Part shown: positions 60,132-64,000 of the stretch, piece after piece | How positions within the stretch are numbered: position 1 is the first letter of the stretch | How the letters are laid out: each line of letters starts with the position of its first letter | Assembly: GCA_004764695.1 (NCBI GenBank) | Contig: SMSO01000032.1 | Coordinates: 4,372,483-4,436,482, forward strand | Direction: 5' to 3' | Length of the DNA: 64,000 nucleotides | Source of the DNA: Schizochytrium sp. TIO01 | Lineage: Eukaryota > Protista > Bigyra: Labyrinthulomycetes | Position numbers and translations under genes: made by a program | Notes under the pieces: generated by a model | Told to the model about the DNA's origin: nothing | Databases searched by the model: none | The model's input: the letters and a program-made list of their open reading frames with translations, nothing else

Positions 60132-61811
60132 CCCTCTAATCGAAGCAACACTGTGACAAAGAGCAGCACTTCTGTTGCATAGTTTAAGTCTGAGTGAGAC
60201 GATATTCGGACTTTGGGTCTCTCTCTTGAAGGGGTCTTCCGGAAGCGGAGAGGGAGCAGACTCGCCAGTCAGAGGCGGCTCTCTCCCTCAATTCTTTTCG
60301 CTCGAGCCTTGACGTCAAGCAAATGCCTGCCTGTATGACCCACGTTGCTAGCTAGTGCTGCTCTACTTCACCAATGCCAAGGTGCAAGTTTATGAACCTA
60401 GAGAGGAGAGTTCAATTGAATTGGAGAAGACTTTTACTCAAAGAAAGGCTTAGTTTATTAGTTAATACCTACCTACCTGCCTGGGTGTCACCAGCAGCCT
60501 AGTGAGAGTGCACCTGCTATCTACTGGATAGTGCTAGTACTTGCTTGCTCACTCTCACTAGCTAGTGAGATGTAAAATTGGTTTTTTTAAACTCTTCTTC
60601 CTTTTCTTTCTTGAAAATTTAAACTCTCTCCGAGCCTACTCTTTCAATTTATGATTTATTTTAATTGAAACAAACAAACCTATACCATAAAGAACAAAAC
60701 TACTAGGGTAAAAACTCATTTCAACCTCTCATGTTGAGGTAAGTAGACAGTTACCCAACTACTTGCTAGCTAAGTAGGCAAGGCGCTGACAAGTTAAAGC
60801 CTTTCAGCAGCTTGAATAAAACTCAAGCCAAAGGTAGGTGAGGAGAGCATGCAAGCCGATTGCGTCTACCTTTTTAGTCCTTTAGGCATTTGGTCTAATA
60901 CTGGATAGTAGATTGTGGAAGAGGGCGCTCTCGGTCTGTTGCCTTTTGTAACTTTACTGTCTGCGAGGAAATGGAAAAGAATTCTTTCAAAGGAGATAAA
61001 TGGCCTCGCTAACCGAATCTATTAGGAGTCTTGGTAAGACTTTTCGCACCGAGAGAGAGTTTTCTTGAGAGCGACTCATGTGTACCTAGCTAGCCAGGTG
61101 TCTATGTAGTTAGGCGAGCAGTGTTACTGGTTAGTGTCAACACTAAACAAATACTATCGCTTACTAGGAGAGTGGACGGGCCTATAGTAGGCTCAATGCA
61201 TCGAGCTGGAGGAACTGAGATACCCACGTCCGCCTCGTTAAATGAATTTCAATGTACTAGTAGGTAGTTATGTGATTACATAGCAGTTAGAGCCCTACAT
61301 GTAGATCTATATCCTGTGATTGATTTGACATACATACATTCAACTTCCTTTCGCTCTGCATAGTAGAGAGGAGCAACTCCTTCAAACCGCATATAAACTT
61401 CTGTTAAATAAACGAATCACATAGGTACACTACCCACTGATCTATCATCTTAATAAATATGAAACTTTAAGTAATTACTCTCATCGTGACAATGAAAGTC
61501 AAAGGACAATAATCGCAGCCGATTACCTACCTACCTACTTACCCAACTTGCCTACTGCAAGTAATATGGCACAACATCTCTCTGTAGCCTATATCTCAGT
61601 ATGGAGTTCCTCTGCACAGTTCGTAGCGGTGGGAAAGGCGTGAGAGGGGTTGCGAGGGCTTGTCTACGAGACAGTGGAGTGTGAGGGGCGTCTTCAATTC
61701 AACGGAAGTTCGACTCATGCTTAAAGCAAGAGAGCTCCGTGGAGTGCAATCACTGATATAAAACCGATGCTGACATGACTTTACCACTGACGCCGCTATT
61801 GCCACATTGTC

Positions 61812-61846
61812 CAGACAGACAGACAGGCAGGCAGGCAGGCAGGCAG
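61812..61846. repeat. (CAGA)/(CAGG) microsatellite
   Basis: Directly visible; the units are reverse complements of the 60037-60131 array. Confidence 0.85.
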
Positions 61847-63855
61847 AAAGCCATCTTAGATCAGGTAGAACTGCTAGTTGCTAGCCGCTACAAACAAAAC
61901 AATTAGAGAGTTCCTTCGTTCCCATTTAACAATTTTATTGTTGCCTCATACTGACTAACCTTCGGAGCCTCGTTGCTACTTCTGCTGTGCTGTACAGAAG
62001 TGGATTAGGCCGTCGATTAGGCTTGAAGAAGAAATTTCTAGTTCACTACTTCATTTGTTATTAAACATTTGTTATTAAAGATAAAATGAGGTATAGGCCT
62101 AGGCCTAAAATATATATTGCTTCGTAACTTAATTTTAATTATATTTAATTTTAAAAAAAGAAAAAAAGGTCTGAGCCTTGAAAGGGAATGATATTGAGAA
62201 TAATTATACTCTAGAGTTCTATCGATTTCTTTAGATAATATATGCATTTTGTTTTTGATTTTATTTTAAACATGGGGAGAGTGAGAGAGGAAAAGGGAGA
62301 GAGTTTTACTTAGTAACAAAAGGCAACTTAATCACTTACCTAATGAATGCCTAACCCACAATCAGGAGATATTTGTTTTTCTCTCTCTCTAAATATATAT
62401 TTTTAATTTTTAAAGGTTTTTTCAAAGTGCGTTTATCGTTGATTCACTTACTGGAGACTGTCTACTTCTACGCTAACCTCTTCATACCAATTGACTAGGA
62501 TACTCCAACGAAGTGAATACTCAAATACCTTTTGCCTAGTAAAAGTAAGAAGTAGGTGCGCTAGTGCTACGACTAGTAGTCAAAATCAGAAGAAATTGAA
62601 AGAGAGAGACTGAAAAGAGAATGAAAGAAAAGAAAAATATTTTTAGTAATACTAGTAACTTGTTATCTAATGGTAAGAGTAAAGACACGAACAGACACTC
62701 AGACAAACAGACTGATTGAAGAGACAGACAGACCTCAATCTCCGTTTCGCTTAGGTAGGAAGAACTCTCCGCTCCTCTCGCCAACTTCGTCGCTTCACCG
62801 CGTACCCGCCTCCGCCCGCACGACTGAAGGCAGCAGCTCCCGCGCGCAAGGCGTGTTGGTCGAGCGCCCGCTTTTAGCGTAGCGAGTTGCGTCGAGGCGC
62901 TCTTCCTTGGCTCAGGCAGGAAGGGCAGGGCCGGTGAAGGAAGGCGCGAAGAACCAGGTCCGAGGCAGAGGATCCCTAAGGCGCCAACAGACTTCAACGC
63001 AAAATCAAATTCACGCATTTGCGTTTGACTCAAGAGTCAGCCCGCTTGGATAGAGATAAACAACCAGGTTCAACCCTCTTGAGAAAGCAGGCGTGTGGAG
63101 GAGTTCTATTGAGTTTGCACAGAGCTTATTCTCTTCGAAGAAAAAGAAGCGAAAGAAGCAATCATCTCTCCGCATTAACTCATTGCTCTCTTTTTTGCTC
63201 TTTCTTCTACGGAACAGACCTTTGTTTGCAGTCCTCAAGTTGACTCTCTACATTCGCCAGCAGTGTAGATAGATCAGTGAAAAGTGAAAAACAAAAACGT
63301 GTAGAATCTTTCGTACCAAATCATTCTGATACGGTATTTGTTTCACCTGTAAAGTCTCAGGAAAGCTCAATTTCGTTAATTAAGATCTTTCTAATAACTT
63401 ACGACCTACGCTCCGAGGAGATAATAATAACTCTTCGACTAGCATTTTTTCAATTTATTGTCCGTGTGTACGTTCAATAATTAATCTGTGATCCAAACGA
63501 CGCCTAGTGATTTACTTTATTAGGCAACCAACTTATTCGCTACATTTTAATCCAAAAAAAACAAAACAAAACCTAAAAGCACTGAACACAAACAAACAAA
63601 CAAGCAGTTGAGTGCACCGTCATATCATCATCGAAGGGTGAACCTGCGTTTTGTCATTTGCAAAACGAAAAGTCATTTATCCTGTCTTCTTTAGAGAGCT
63701 GTTTCTACGTCTAGTATTAAGACTTACGTGGGAATTCTTACTGAAGCCTCAGTCTTTACCTAAGAGAAATACGCAAGAGAAGTTGCAGTGCTTTATTGTT
63801 TACGCTATAGCTTTTGACAACCAAGTCCCTTTGAAGAAGAATTGGGGTATTGAAA

Positions 63856-64000
63856 ATGGTGCAAACTGATTATGACTCAAGCTCTGTCCTGAGCTCCGGC
63901 GTCAGTGTTGCCTCCGAAGACGATTTCCTGATGGTTGAAGCTGAAACCGAAAGTGTCGCTCACGAAGTCAAAGTTGAGTCGAACGAAAACGACAGACCTG
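63856..64000 (+). CDS. Start of an unidentified CDS running off the window
   Basis: AAAATGG start context and an open frame to the window end (MVQTDYDSSSVLSSGVSVASEDDFLMVEAETESVAHEVKVESNENDRP) with coding-like composition. Confidence 0.6.
   Translation, partial: MVQTDYDSSSVLSSGVSVASEDDFLMVEAETESVAHEVKVESNENDRP

Overview
Gene-dense, intron-poor eukaryotic nuclear DNA. It is most consistent with a flagellated stramenopile, probably a labyrinthulomycete/thraustochytrid; this is inferred from a Sig/Ocm-type mastigoneme-like EGF protein, an inner-arm dynein, and few GTAAGT introns. About 16 intact or near-intact genes are supported, in order: ankyrin protein (5'-truncated by the window), GNPDA, C1D/Rrp47, a MANF/CDNF (ARMET) homologue, an atypical Hsp70, a CDK11-like kinase, a hotdog thioesterase, a hypothetical protein, a ~14.4 kb DNAH2/I1-beta dynein heavy chain split by two +1 frameshifts, ERG24-type sterol reductase, a second hypothetical protein, PAK1IP1/Mak11, a CTL/SLC44 transporter, the mastigoneme-like protein, alpha-tubulin and a MINDY-3/4 deubiquitinase. 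There is also a tandem pair of frameshifted coiled-coil paralogues and the start of one more CDS at the right edge. The best novelty candidate is a lid-less, apparently tail-anchored Hsp70 with altered nucleotide-pocket motifs, lying head-to-head with a MANF-like HDEL protein (MANF is a known BiP/Hsp70 regulator in animals). Also notable are a UBA-MINDY-NZF fusion and a recurrent TAG/CTAG-rich patch upstream of most genes. I recognised no tRNA, rRNA, CRISPR array or intact transposon. All family calls come from motif recognition by eye, not database searches.
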